NCBI GenBank assembly: GCA_015478665.1
Contig: JADMII010000012.1
Span: 13,202-77,201, forward strand
Length of the DNA stretch: 64,000 bases
DNA from: Dehalococcoidia bacterium
GTDB taxonomy: Bacteria; Chloroflexota; Dehalococcoidia; DSTF01; JACRBR01
Direction: 5' to 3'
The stretch's first letter is position 1. Each line of letters starts with the position of its first letter. A model generated the notes under the pieces. That model made no database searches. It was not told where the DNA came from and saw only the letters and a program-made list of their open reading frames with translations. Position numbers and translations under genes: made by a program. Below, one piece after another: positions 51,810 through 62,761 of the stretch.

Positions 51810-53552
51810 TCAGGCGGCCGAATCCTCGCTCTGGCCGGGCGGCGTGAAGTCGTCGTGGTCGATGTGATCGTCGGAGATCAGGTGCGGCACGCGCACCTGC
51901 AGGTGCGGCTTCGAGTCCATCATCGCCGCGAATGCGACGACGACGACAGGGTCGAACTGCGTGCCGCTGTTCGCGGCGATCTCGGCCATCGCCGCCTCGT
52001 GCCCCATGGCAGCGCGGTAGGGACGGTCGGAGGTCATCGCGTCGTAGGAGTCGACGACGGAGAAGATGCGCGCATCGACGGGGATCTTGTCGCCGGCGAT
52101 CCCGAAGGGATAGCCGGCGCCGTCGTAGCGCTCGTGGTGGTAGAGGAGGATGGGCAGCGCCCCCTCGAGGAAGCCGACCTTGCCGACCATGACGCCGGCG
52201 AGCAGGGGATGCTTGCGCATCGCTTCCCACTCCATCTCGTTGAGGTCCTTCGGCTTCTTGAGCACGGCGTCGGGCACGCCGATCTTGCCGACGTCGTGGA
52301 GCAGCGCGCCGCGCTCCATATCGATCAGGCGGGGCTCCGGCAGCCCCATCTCCCGCGCGAGGTGCGCGGTGAGCTTGGCGACACGCTCACAGTGGCCCTC
52401 GGTGGCGTCGTCCTTCGTGTCGAGCGCCGCCATGAGCACCTTCAGCGTCGTGTCGTATGACGTCTCGAGCTCGTCGGCGTATGAGCGCACCTTGGCGAAG
52501 AGGAGCGCCTGCTCGACGGCCATCACCGCCTGGTCCGTGAGCTCCTCGACGATACGCCGTTCGTCTTCCGAGTAGGCGCCGATGGATGCCGAGCGGACCA
52601 GCGCGATGGCGCCGACGACGCGGCCGCGGAGGGCGAGCGGCACGCAGAGGACGGCCACCTGTCCCTCGGTCTGCAACTCCTCGCCGAGGAGGTAGGTGTA
52701 GGCGGCGACGGGCTGTGTGCTGACGATGGTCGTGTTCGTCGCGACGGCGCGGCGCAAGAACCACTCGTCGATGGCCCGCTGGTGCTGGTCCTCGCGACCG
52801 GTGGTCGCGTCGTAGGTCGCGCGCAGTACGAGCTCGCCGGTCTCCGCCTCGAAGAGCGCGAGGAAGCCGTACTGCGCGTGCGCCAGCTGGGTGACGTCGT
52901 GCGTGATCTGCGCCACGACGTCGTGCAGGTCGAGCGAGGAGCGGATCTCCTGTCCGCGCGTGTACATGAACTCGAGGCGACGGTGCTGGCCGGCGAGCCG
53001 CCGCATGCTCAACCAGAAGGCGCCCTGGACCAGCGTGTAGGCGATCAGCGCGATCACCATCGTCAGCATGATCAGGCCATCCTGCAGCGATGCGATCGCG
53101 TTGTCGACGGGCGCGGCGGCCCGGTCGACTTCGACGGTGAAGCCGTTGCCCGTGAGATAGCCGGCGAAGACGCGGCTGCCGTCGCCCGCGGTGAACCGCG
53201 CCGAGGACGCGCCGGGCGGGAGGCGGTCCGCCGGCATGGCGGCGCCGCGCGAGAACAGGAGCTCGCCGTCCGACCAGACGCGCACGGCGAGCACATCGCC
53301 GCCCAAGTACGACGTCGCGAGACCGGCGCGGCTCTGAAGCTCCTCCGCGGTGGGCGCGCTGCTGCCGGCGGCCAGCGCGTTGTGCAACGGCACGCCGACG
53401 AGGCCGCGCGTCGCGGTGGCGGCGTTCGCCTCGCCGGCCGTCGAGGCCAGCGTGCGGGCGAGGAAGGCGAACCCGCCCGCCAGCACGAGGACGAGCACGA
53501 GACTGACCACGGCGAAACGCAGGTGCGCCTTTGAGTTGGACTCGGAGTGCAT
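51810..53552 (-). CDS. Membrane sensor with GAF and HD-GYP domains (c-di-GMP phosphodiesterase-like)
   Basis: N-terminal TM, a periplasmic segment, a second TM, then GAF and an HD domain (HCERVAKLTAHLA...HDVGKIGVP...HHERYDGAGYP, the HD-GYP signature). Confidence 0.75.
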   Translation of the reverse strand: MHSESNSKAHLRFAVVSLVLVLVLAGGFAFLARTLASTAGEANAATATRGLVGVPLHNALAAGSSAPTAEELQSRAGLATSYLGGDVLAVRVWSDGELLFSRGAAMPADRLPPGASSARFTAGDGSRVFAGYLTGNGFTVEVDRAAAPVDNAIASLQDGLIMLTMVIALIAYTLVQGAFWLSMRRLAGQHRRLEFMYTRGQEIRSSLDLHDVVAQITHDVTQLAHAQYGFLALFEAETGELVLRATYDATTGREDQHQRAIDEWFLRRAVATNTTIVSTQPVAAYTYLLGEELQTEGQVAVLCVPLALRGRVVGAIALVRSASIGAYSEDERRIVEELTDQAVMAVEQALLFAKVRSYADELETSYDTTLKVLMAALDTKDDATEGHCERVAKLTAHLAREMGLPEPRLIDMERGALLHDVGKIGVPDAVLKKPKDLNEMEWEAMRKHPLLAGVMVGKVGFLEGALPILLYHHERYDGAGYPFGIAGDKIPVDARIFSVVDSYDAMTSDRPYRAAMGHEAAMAEIAANSGTQFDPVVVVAFAAMMDSKPHLQVRVPHLISDDHIDHDDFTPPGQSEDSAA

Positions 53553-53735
53553 GTGCCTTGCTCGGTGCTGCGGGATCTCTCGTTCTGTATCGGCCGCCGA
53601 CGCAACCCCCTGTAGCCCGCCGCGCCGCCCGGGCGCCCGCGCCTCATGCGACGAGACGGGCAGCAAAACCCGCATTACGTTCGTTCCATGCGAGCAGGAG
53701 CCGGGCCTGTGCCGAGGCGCTGCTATAGTGACTGC

Positions 53736-54569
53736 ATGCAGGACAAGCTCGCAGCCCTTCACCGCATCCTCCGGGAGATGGATTCCGTCATCGTCGCCTT
53801 CTCCGCCGGCGTCGACAGCACGTTCGTGGCGGCCGTCGCCGCCGACGTGCTCGGCGCGCGCGCGCTCGCGGTCACCGGCGTCTCCCCGTCCATCCCGCAA
53901 TCGGAGGTCGAAGAGGCGAAGGCGCTGGCCCGGCAGATCGGCATCCGGCACGAGCTGCTGCCGACGTCGGAGATGGACGTCCCTGGTTATGTCGAGAACA
54001 GCTCCCGGCGCTGCTACTTCTGCAAGACGGAGCTGTACTCCATCCTCGAGGCGCTCGCCGCGCGCGACGACTACGACTACGTCGCCGATGGCTGCAATCT
54101 GGACGACCTCGGCGACCATCGCCCGGGGCGGCTGGCGGCGAACGAGCACAAGGTGCGCAGCCCGCTCATCGAAGCCGGCCTGACCAAGGCGGAGATCCGC
54201 GAGCTGTCGAAGGCGCGCGGGCTACCTACGTGGGACAAGCCGGCGATGGCCTGCCTCTCGTCGCGCATCCCCTACGGCACGCCTGTGACAGTCGAGGCGC
54301 TGGACCAGATCGGGGCCGCGGAGGCGTTCCTGCGCGGGCTGGGGCTGCGGCAGTTGCGGGTCCGGCACCACAGCGAGGTCGCCCGCATCGAGGTTGAGCC
54401 GGAGCAGCTGGCGCAGGTCGTCGAGCATCGCGAGCGGATCGTGCGGCGGCTGAAGAACCTGGGCTACCGGTACGTGACGCTCGACCTCGCCGGCTTCCGC
54501 AGCGGCTCGATGAATGAGGGACTGGCGGCGGCCCGACCGCAGACAATTGACAACAGACCGCAGAGCTGA
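53736..54569 (+). CDS. PP-loop ATP pyrophosphatase, LarE-like (TIGR00268 family)
   Basis: PP-loop VAFSAGVDSTF and the conserved Cys in ACLSSRIPYG, as in sacrificial sulfur transferase LarE. Confidence 0.6.
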   Translation: MQDKLAALHRILREMDSVIVAFSAGVDSTFVAAVAADVLGARALAVTGVSPSIPQSEVEEAKALARQIGIRHELLPTSEMDVPGYVENSSRRCYFCKTELYSILEALAARDDYDYVADGCNLDDLGDHRPGRLAANEHKVRSPLIEAGLTKAEIRELSKARGLPTWDKPAMACLSSRIPYGTPVTVEALDQIGAAEAFLRGLGLRQLRVRHHSEVARIEVEPEQLAQVVEHRERIVRRLKNLGYRYVTLDLAGFRSGSMNEGLAAARPQTIDNRPQS

Positions 54570-54639
54570 CGCGGCCGGTGCGCCAGCGCCAAGAGGAAGA
54601 CCAACCAGCAAACAGCAACGGCAAAACCGGGCAATGGCC

Positions 54640-54760
54640 GCCCCCCGACTCCCCGTTCACACCCACCCATCTCCGACCTCCGACCTCCAGCCTGCAACCC
54701 TCGTCTGCTCCCTTTCACCTCCGCCCTTCATCCTCCATCCTCCAGTGGTCGAAGCTATGC
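54640..54760. repeat. ~120-nt polypyrimidine (C/T-only) tract containing repeat copy 2 (TCCGACCTCCGACCTCC)
   Basis: The top strand is almost exclusively C/T from ~54640 to ~54760: CCATCTCCGACCTCCGACCTCCAGCCTGCAACCCTCGTCTGCTCCCTTTCACCTCCGCCCTTCATCCTCCATCCTCC. Confidence 0.6.
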
Positions 54761-54780
54761 CAAGCGCAGGAGGTCAGCGT

Positions 54781-54981
54781 ATGCCCATCGTCCGCATCGA
54801 GATGTTCCCCGGCCGCACGCACGCCCAGAAGCAGGAGCTCGCCCGCGCCATCACCGAAGCCGTGGCAAACATCGCCCAGACCACTCCGGAGGCGACCATC
54901 GTCATCTTTCAGGACATCGCGCAGGAGAACTGGGCCCAGGGCGGGAAGCTCGCCTCCGACGACCAGGCGCTCTCCCGATAG
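54781..54981 (+). CDS. 4-oxalocrotonate tautomerase family protein
   Basis: MPIVRIEMFPGRT, with a catalytic Pro1 after the Met, and 66 aa in length. AGGAGG lies 8 nt upstream. Confidence 0.7.
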   Translation: MPIVRIEMFPGRTHAQKQELARAITEAVANIAQTTPEATIVIFQDIAQENWAQGGKLASDDQALSR

Positions 54982-55209
54982 GCCGCGCCGCCCCCACCGC
55001 AGATACTGGAGTGCGACACCGCTGCGGCGCGGAGTGCTACGCTGGATCGGAGACCTCGACGAACCCTCGCCGGCTCCCGGTCGTAACCATGTCAGATTGA
55101 CGACCGGGCCGCCGATCCTTTACGCGGCGGCGTACCAGCGAGGCATCCTCTGATATACTGCTACCAATGGGCGTACGCGCCCATGCGGGGGATAGGTTAG
55201 GACAACTTC

Positions 55210-57213
<2,004 letters not shown>

Positions 57214-57620
57214 CGGCGCGCCGGCGCGACAGCCACGGACGTGCGAGAGGGCTCCCACCGTGGGAGCCCTCTCCGCCTTCGCGACCAGCACTCCCGTATG
57301 CCAAACCGATCGCCGGCGCTCGCGCTACAGTTCGCTGCGCGCGGCCATCGCTGCGAGCTGGTCATGACGCGCTACTGATCGTGCCTCGTGACCGACGATG
57401 GAGCAGCCCCGAACCGGTATCGGCGCGCTCGCCACGTGCAAGCCGAAGATCCGCCGAACGGCGCGCGTCGGTGACCGGGGCGTGCGCCACCTCGAGCCGG
57501 ACGGGCGCGCGTTCATCGAAGGAATGGCGCACGCGCGTCGGTGAGCCCGCCAAGCCGCCTTCAGACCCGTCACTCTGGAATTGCCGCGCATGCATGACGG
57601 GCATGCGCCAGCCAATTTCG

Positions 57621-60600
57621 CTACTCCGTGAGACGGCGGTAGAGCGTCGGCAGGCGCCGCGGGAGTTGTTCGATGTCGGCGACGACTTCGTAGCCCATGT
57701 CTTCGCACATCTGGCCCAGGTAGTCGTGCCCTTCCTTGTCGACGGTGAGCGCGAACGGCGTGATGCCTTTGCGGCGCGCTTCCTGCAGCGCCTGCTTCGT
57801 GTCGTGGATCGCGTACTCCTTCTCCGTCCGGTCTCGGCCGTAGCCGTGGTCCTGCGGGCGCCCGTCGGACACGAGCATGAGGATCTTCACCTTGGCGTCG
57901 TACGCGTCGAGCTTCGCCGTCGCGTGGCGGATCGCCGGGCCCATGCGAGTCGAACGGATCGGTGAGACCTTGTCGATGCGCTTCTTCACCTTGTCGGTGA
58001 ACTGCTCGACGAGATCCTTGATCACATAGAACTCGACGTTGTCGCGCCCGTAGCCGCTGAAACCGTAGATGCCGTAGCTGTCGCCGATCGTCTCGAGCGC
58101 CTTGATGAAGAGCACGGTGCTCTCCTTCTCCAGGTCGATGATCCGCTTCGGCGGCGCGATCGACTGGGAGGCGCGCCGCTGCGCGAGCCACTGGAAGTAC
58201 TTGCGCGGGTCGTCATCGAAGTCCTCGTCGTCCATGTACTTCTGCTTGCGCTTCTCGATCTCTTCGTCGGTCGATGCGCTCATGTCGAGCAGGAAGGCGA
58301 CCGCGACGTCGCGTTCGACCTTGTTCCGGCGCCAGTAGATCTTGTCGGTGTAGCTGTGTCCCGCTTTGCGTTCGATCGCGTAGTCGATGACCGCATCCAG
58401 GTCGAACTCTTCGCCGTCGAGCAGCTTCTTGATCTTGCGGAAGAGCTCCGGCTTCAGCAGCTCGAACTGCTTGCGGGTCTCGTTGACCAGCGCGGCGTGC
58501 TCGCGCAGCGTGTCGTCGAAGTAATCCGCGCCGCCCTCTTCGAGCGGGCGCTCCTGCACCCGGCACCAGCGCGGCTTGTAGTCCGCCGCCCGGAAGTCCC
58601 ACTCGTCGTAGTAGAACGACTTCACTTCGACCGGCGGCTCTTCGTTGTCCTCGCCGTCACCGTCGGCTGCCGGCTGGCCGTCCTTGAGCTCCTTGTTCTG
58701 GTCGCCGATCGGCGTGCCGGCTTCCTTCTCGAGATTCGAGAGGAACAGCCCGAGCGTCGACGCCAGGTCGCCCTCCGCCATCGCCCCGACCGTGATCTCG
58801 ACGCTCTTCTCCAGCAGCTCCTTCAGCTGCTCCGGCGAGAGCGGCGAGAGCTCGCCGTTCTGCTCGACCTCGCCGTCTTTCAGCCGCAGCCGCATCAACA
58901 GCTGCACCAGCTCCGGCTTGAAGTCGCCCCGGAAGTCCACCTGCTCCGGGCTCTCATACGCCTGCTCCGCCCCCTGCGGCATCGGCGGCTGCGCGTCGTC
59001 GTCGGCGGGCCCCGGCGGCGACATCATCAGCTGCATCGACTCTTCGCTCACCGTCTCCCAGTCCAGCTGACTGAGCTCCTCCGGCGCGATGTTCGGCACC
59101 CGCGCGACGACGTCGTACAGCGACAGCGTCGCTTCCGCCGCGTCCTCGACGCGCGCGCCCTTCTCGCGCACCGCCCACAGCGTCTGCACGGCCTGGTGCA
59201 GCACCGGTTGCAGCGCCGCCGGCCAGACCATCGTCTGTGCGCCGTCCAGGCTCGCGCGCACAAGGTTCTCGACGAGGGCCTGGCGCAGCGGCAGTGCGTT
59301 CGGCGCCAGCCGCGCCTCGAGCTCGTTCTCCTGCGTGCGGCCCCAGGCGCGGCGGATGCCGCCGTACTCGCGCCGCACCAGCGTGTCGATGCGCGTGTCT
59401 TCAGTCAGCGCGAACAGGTCCGATGCCAGTTGGCGGTCGTCGAACAGGTCGAAGAAGCGCTCCATGTCCGTCATCGGCCCTGTCGCGCGCTGCGAACCCT
59501 TGCCCTCGGCCCGTCGCTCCTCCTCGCGCTCGCCGCGCCGCGACGGCAGCACGGCGGCATCGCGGCTGAAGCGGAACAGGAAGCTGCCGAACTCCAGGTG
59601 CGCCGCCTGATGCGTCGCGAAGACCTTGTACACGGAGAAGTTCTGGTCGCGGTCGATGAACTCTTCGACGAACTCCGGCAGGTAGACCGTCGTGCCCTCC
59701 GTGCTCGGCCGGTTCTCGCTCACCCAGCCGATGCCCTTCTCCGCCAGGTACGACACCGGGTTGATCGAGACGTTCGCGCCGGTGAGCGCCTTGCAGTACA
59801 GCCGCAGCACTTCGCCGACGCGGCTCAGCTCGACCCGCGACGACAGCTGCTGCAGCACCTCCTCGCCGCGGCCGGATTCCAGGCGGAAGTACGCCTCCCC
59901 GCCCTCGACGTTCTGCTCGAGGATGCGGTGCCCCGCGGCGTGCCAGTTCGCCAGCTCGGCGATCCGAATCCGCTTCAGCACTTCGGGCGAGCTCTTGAGG
60001 AACTCCATCGCCGCCGTCGGCGACGCCACCGCCAGCTCCTCCGCCATCGAGAGCAGGTCGTGGTGGGTCTGCTCCGGCACCGTCGCCAGCGCCGACGCCC
60101 CCTCGGCGAACAGGCCGTAGGCGTGCCGGCCGCTGCGTCGCGCCACCGCCGCCGCCAGCGCCAGGAAGCGGCCGCGCGCCGATGCCTCGATCGGCGCCAG
60201 CAGGTTCGGCGAGCGCTCGAAGCAAATCCGGACGTCGGCCCACGATGCTTCGCCGACGGCCGTCGCCAACGTCAGGAACGGCGCCCGGTCCGGCTTCGCC
60301 AGCGACGCGAAGAGGTGCGGCGCCGCGTCGAGGCACGCCGTCGCCAGCTCGTACGAGCGCTCGGCGACGGACTCGACGAGCGCCACCAGCCGCGCCATCT
60401 CGGCGAGCGGCAGCGCGGGCAGCAGCTTCGGGCCGGCGCCGAAGTACACCGTCGCCAGCGAGATCGACTTCCAGTGCCCCTTGTACAGCCGTTGCCCCAG
60501 CGCCGCCCACTCTGTGAGCCGCCGCTCATCGAGGAACGGTACGGACGCCGGGCTCGCCCTGAAGTAGGCGCCGGCGACGACCGAGGAGTACTCCGCGAGG

Positions 60601-60869
60601 TCGCGGCCGGCGTGCGCCCAGCGCCGAAACGACGGCGTCGGCAGCAGCCGCATCACCTCACCGGAGACCCCCACGTAGTCGATCGCCGCTTCCCACGACC
60701 GCAGCGAGTGAGCGGCGAGCGCGACGCACTCGTCGGTCCAGGCGCGGAAGTCCGCTTCGGCGAGCGCACCCCGCAGCTCGCCTGCGACGCGCCGGAACTC
60801 CGCCGCGAGCTGCGGCGAATGCGTCGCGAGCCTCGCCTCGACCTCCGTCAGATACGCATCGTCGATCAT
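57621..60869 (-). CDS. Large VWA-domain protein, CbbO/NorD-like (MoxR-ATPase partner type), orphan
   Basis: The C-terminal ~230 aa form a VWA with MIDAS LLDMSASTD (DxSxS). The N-terminal ~800 aa are uncharacterised and contain HQAAHLEFG. 1082 aa. Confidence 0.6.
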   Translation of the reverse strand: MIDDAYLTEVEARLATHSPQLAAEFRRVAGELRGALAEADFRAWTDECVALAAHSLRSWEAAIDYVGVSGEVMRLLPTPSFRRWAHAGRDLAEYSSVVAGAYFRASPASVPFLDERRLTEWAALGQRLYKGHWKSISLATVYFGAGPKLLPALPLAEMARLVALVESVAERSYELATACLDAAPHLFASLAKPDRAPFLTLATAVGEASWADVRICFERSPNLLAPIEASARGRFLALAAAVARRSGRHAYGLFAEGASALATVPEQTHHDLLSMAEELAVASPTAAMEFLKSSPEVLKRIRIAELANWHAAGHRILEQNVEGGEAYFRLESGRGEEVLQQLSSRVELSRVGEVLRLYCKALTGANVSINPVSYLAEKGIGWVSENRPSTEGTTVYLPEFVEEFIDRDQNFSVYKVFATHQAAHLEFGSFLFRFSRDAAVLPSRRGEREEERRAEGKGSQRATGPMTDMERFFDLFDDRQLASDLFALTEDTRIDTLVRREYGGIRRAWGRTQENELEARLAPNALPLRQALVENLVRASLDGAQTMVWPAALQPVLHQAVQTLWAVREKGARVEDAAEATLSLYDVVARVPNIAPEELSQLDWETVSEESMQLMMSPPGPADDDAQPPMPQGAEQAYESPEQVDFRGDFKPELVQLLMRLRLKDGEVEQNGELSPLSPEQLKELLEKSVEITVGAMAEGDLASTLGLFLSNLEKEAGTPIGDQNKELKDGQPAADGDGEDNEEPPVEVKSFYYDEWDFRAADYKPRWCRVQERPLEEGGADYFDDTLREHAALVNETRKQFELLKPELFRKIKKLLDGEEFDLDAVIDYAIERKAGHSYTDKIYWRRNKVERDVAVAFLLDMSASTDEEIEKRKQKYMDDEDFDDDPRKYFQWLAQRRASQSIAPPKRIIDLEKESTVLFIKALETIGDSYGIYGFSGYGRDNVEFYVIKDLVEQFTDKVKKRIDKVSPIRSTRMGPAIRHATAKLDAYDAKVKILMLVSDGRPQDHGYGRDRTEKEYAIHDTKQALQEARRKGITPFALTVDKEGHDYLGQMCEDMGYEVVADIEQLPRRLPTLYRRLTE

Positions 60870-61286
60870 GTCTCAGTGTATCGAGCGGCCGTCGTTAACC
60901 CACGCTTCGATACACATCAAGGACGGGACATGGCCGAACGCAGGCCGTCGGCGGTCACGAGATAACGAGCGGTGCGATCGCCCCATCGCCGCCGTCGCGC
61001 ATCGGACGGGAACTGGACCGAACGGTGAGGCGTAGACCATGGCTGAGCCGCCGGTCAGACTTGCACAAAAGGTGGAGTAGAAACGGAGGCAAGACCAAAC
61101 CCGGTCGGACTCTCCCAATGAGTGGTACAGAGATCGGGGGCAGGTCGTATGTCGACGTCGTCGTCGCGTAGCTCGTGTAGGGGCGGCCGTGCCGGTGTAC
61201 TGCGTGGCAGTGCTCGTGCGCGCGGCGGGGTTGCTCGTCTTGATCGTCTCGAGAGACTCCCGTCGGCGGTGCGAGCCAGCAGCGAA

Positions 61287-61560
61287 GTGAGGCGAACGGC
61301 GATCACGATCGGAGTCGACGCACACAAACGCGTCCATCAGGCCCTCGCGCTCGACGCGGACGGTCGCGAGAGCGGCCGGTGGCGCGGGCCGAATTCTCGA
61401 GCCGATTGGCGCCGCTTGCACCTCTGGGCCGGCGGGGAGCATGTCTGGGGGATCGAGGGCGCGTGGAGCCACGGGCGTGGTCTTGCGCAGGCGGCGGTCC
61501 GATCGATGGAGGGAATCTCATGGATGCCGAGAATAGCGCGATACGATGGTGGCGGTCACG
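61287..61560 (+). pseudogene. IS110-family transposase N-terminal fragment (truncated)
   Basis: AITIGVDAHKRVHQALALDADGRESGRWRGPNSRADWRRLHLWAGGEHVWGIEGAWSHGRGLAQA matches the DEDD N-terminal domain of IS110 transposases (IGIDxHKxxH...W.IE...G). The rest of the transposase is absent. Confidence 0.45.
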
Positions 61561-61789
61561 AGAACGAGCGCGAGGAAGCGACGAGAGCGATTCGTCCGTC
61601 CATGATCCCGAGGACGATCAAGAGTGCAAGCGCAACGCAGATTGACATCACCGATGCGAACGTCTGATTTACTCGGCGCATTGAGGATGAGACCCACGCT
61701 CCGAAGCCAACGGTGGCGATAACAAAGAGATTCTTGTCCTTTGTCGCTCCTGCTAAAACAATGAACGCAAGGCTGGATGCGAGCAGCAA
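61556..61789 (-). CDS. Hypothetical small hydrophobic protein in low-GC patch
   Basis: 77 aa with two TM-like segments, inside the ~300-bp lower-GC region 61540-61860. Confidence 0.15.
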   Translation of the reverse strand: MLLASSLAFIVLAGATKDKNLFVIATVGFGAWVSSSMRRVNQTFASVMSICVALALLIVLGIMDGRIALVASSRSFS

Positions 61790-61975
61790 GAGGTCGAAGG
61801 CCTGTTGTTGCCGCGTCTTAGGACATCTGGTAGGCCATTCAGGGCAGAGACACTACACTAGACGCGCCGGCCGGGAGCGATCGCGGCGCTGGCGCGGACG
61901 GCGCATGCGTCCCTCGATTGATCTCGGGCAGGTCGCGCAGAAGTCGCGAGCATGATCGTTTGATGAGGACGGACG

Positions 61976-62613
61976 ATGTCTCTCAAATTGTCGGTGGCGC
62001 TGGCTCTGGCAGTCACGGTGACGTTTGCCTCGCAAGCGCGGGTTGGTATCGCGCAAGAGAAGCCGGGCCTCGGCGGGTCGGCTGGGATTTCGGGCACGGT
62101 GACGTTCACGGATGGAAGGCCGGCGGCGGGTCGGCCCGTCGAGTGGCGACCTCGTGGCGATCCGAACGGTGGAAGCACGCTCCAGACGGACAACATTGGG
62201 TCGTATGCAATTCAAGGCTTGAAAGACGGCGAATATTTCGTCGGATACTTTCTACCGAGCCGTGTGCCACGCGATAAGAACCCGAACGTCGAGAAGGCTC
62301 CCGATGTCAATTCACCGGCATTTGATGACCTCGGTGTGCCGCTAATCCGGCGAGTATTGATTGTGAACGGAACATCGGTCAAAGGCGTGGACTTCGTTAT
62401 CACAGACACAGGAAACGAAAGCTTCGCCGGCCCTGACAGTGGAGGCGCTGCTCAGCCAAGTCTTCCGGCAACTGGTGCTGGTGCGGAAGCTCGCCCAGCC
62501 GACGCGGCCGCACCTGGCCGGCGCCAGGCGCGGCCGCAGCAGCTGTCGTCGGCATCATCATCGGTGCCAGTTCGATGGCGCTTGGAACGAAGTTGAGGCG
62601 TCGCAACGGCTAG
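61976..62613 (+). pseudogene. LPXTG-type cell-surface protein (CarbopepD_reg-like domain), sorting signal interrupted by frameshift
   Basis: Signal peptide MSLKLSVALALAVTVTFASQA, then GTVTFTDGRPAAGRPV (carboxypeptidase-regulatory-like), then LPATG at 62462-62476. The expected hydrophobic anchor and charged tail (AAAVVGIIIGASSMALGTKLRRRNG*) are encoded in a different frame, ending at 62613. Confidence 0.45.
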
Positions 62614-62761
62614 CACCGGGCTGCGCTACACCCCGAAGCGGGGGCAGTGCGCCGGGGAACGACGGTGTTCAACCGGAGCGCCGGTCGTCGCATCGCCGCC
62701 GTGGCACTCGCCGGCACCGCGACCCTATCGCCGATCCTGCCGTCCTCCGCCGCTGCAAACC

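Noticed and set aside
57325-58191. 288-aa minus-strand ORF between ftsH and the VWA gene
   Set aside because: It is out of frame with, and overlaps, the 3' part of the VWA gene. It is Arg-rich low complexity with no start context.
58356-60965. 869-aa plus-strand ORF opposite the VWA protein gene
   Set aside because: Antisense shadow. Its R/L/Q-rich translation contrasts with the motif-bearing minus-strand frame (MIDAS and others).
60873-61472. 199-aa minus-strand ORF upstream of the VWA gene as a possible missing AAA+ partner
   Set aside because: It has no Walker motifs and a Pro/Arg-rich translation, and it overlaps the IS110 fragment on the other strand.
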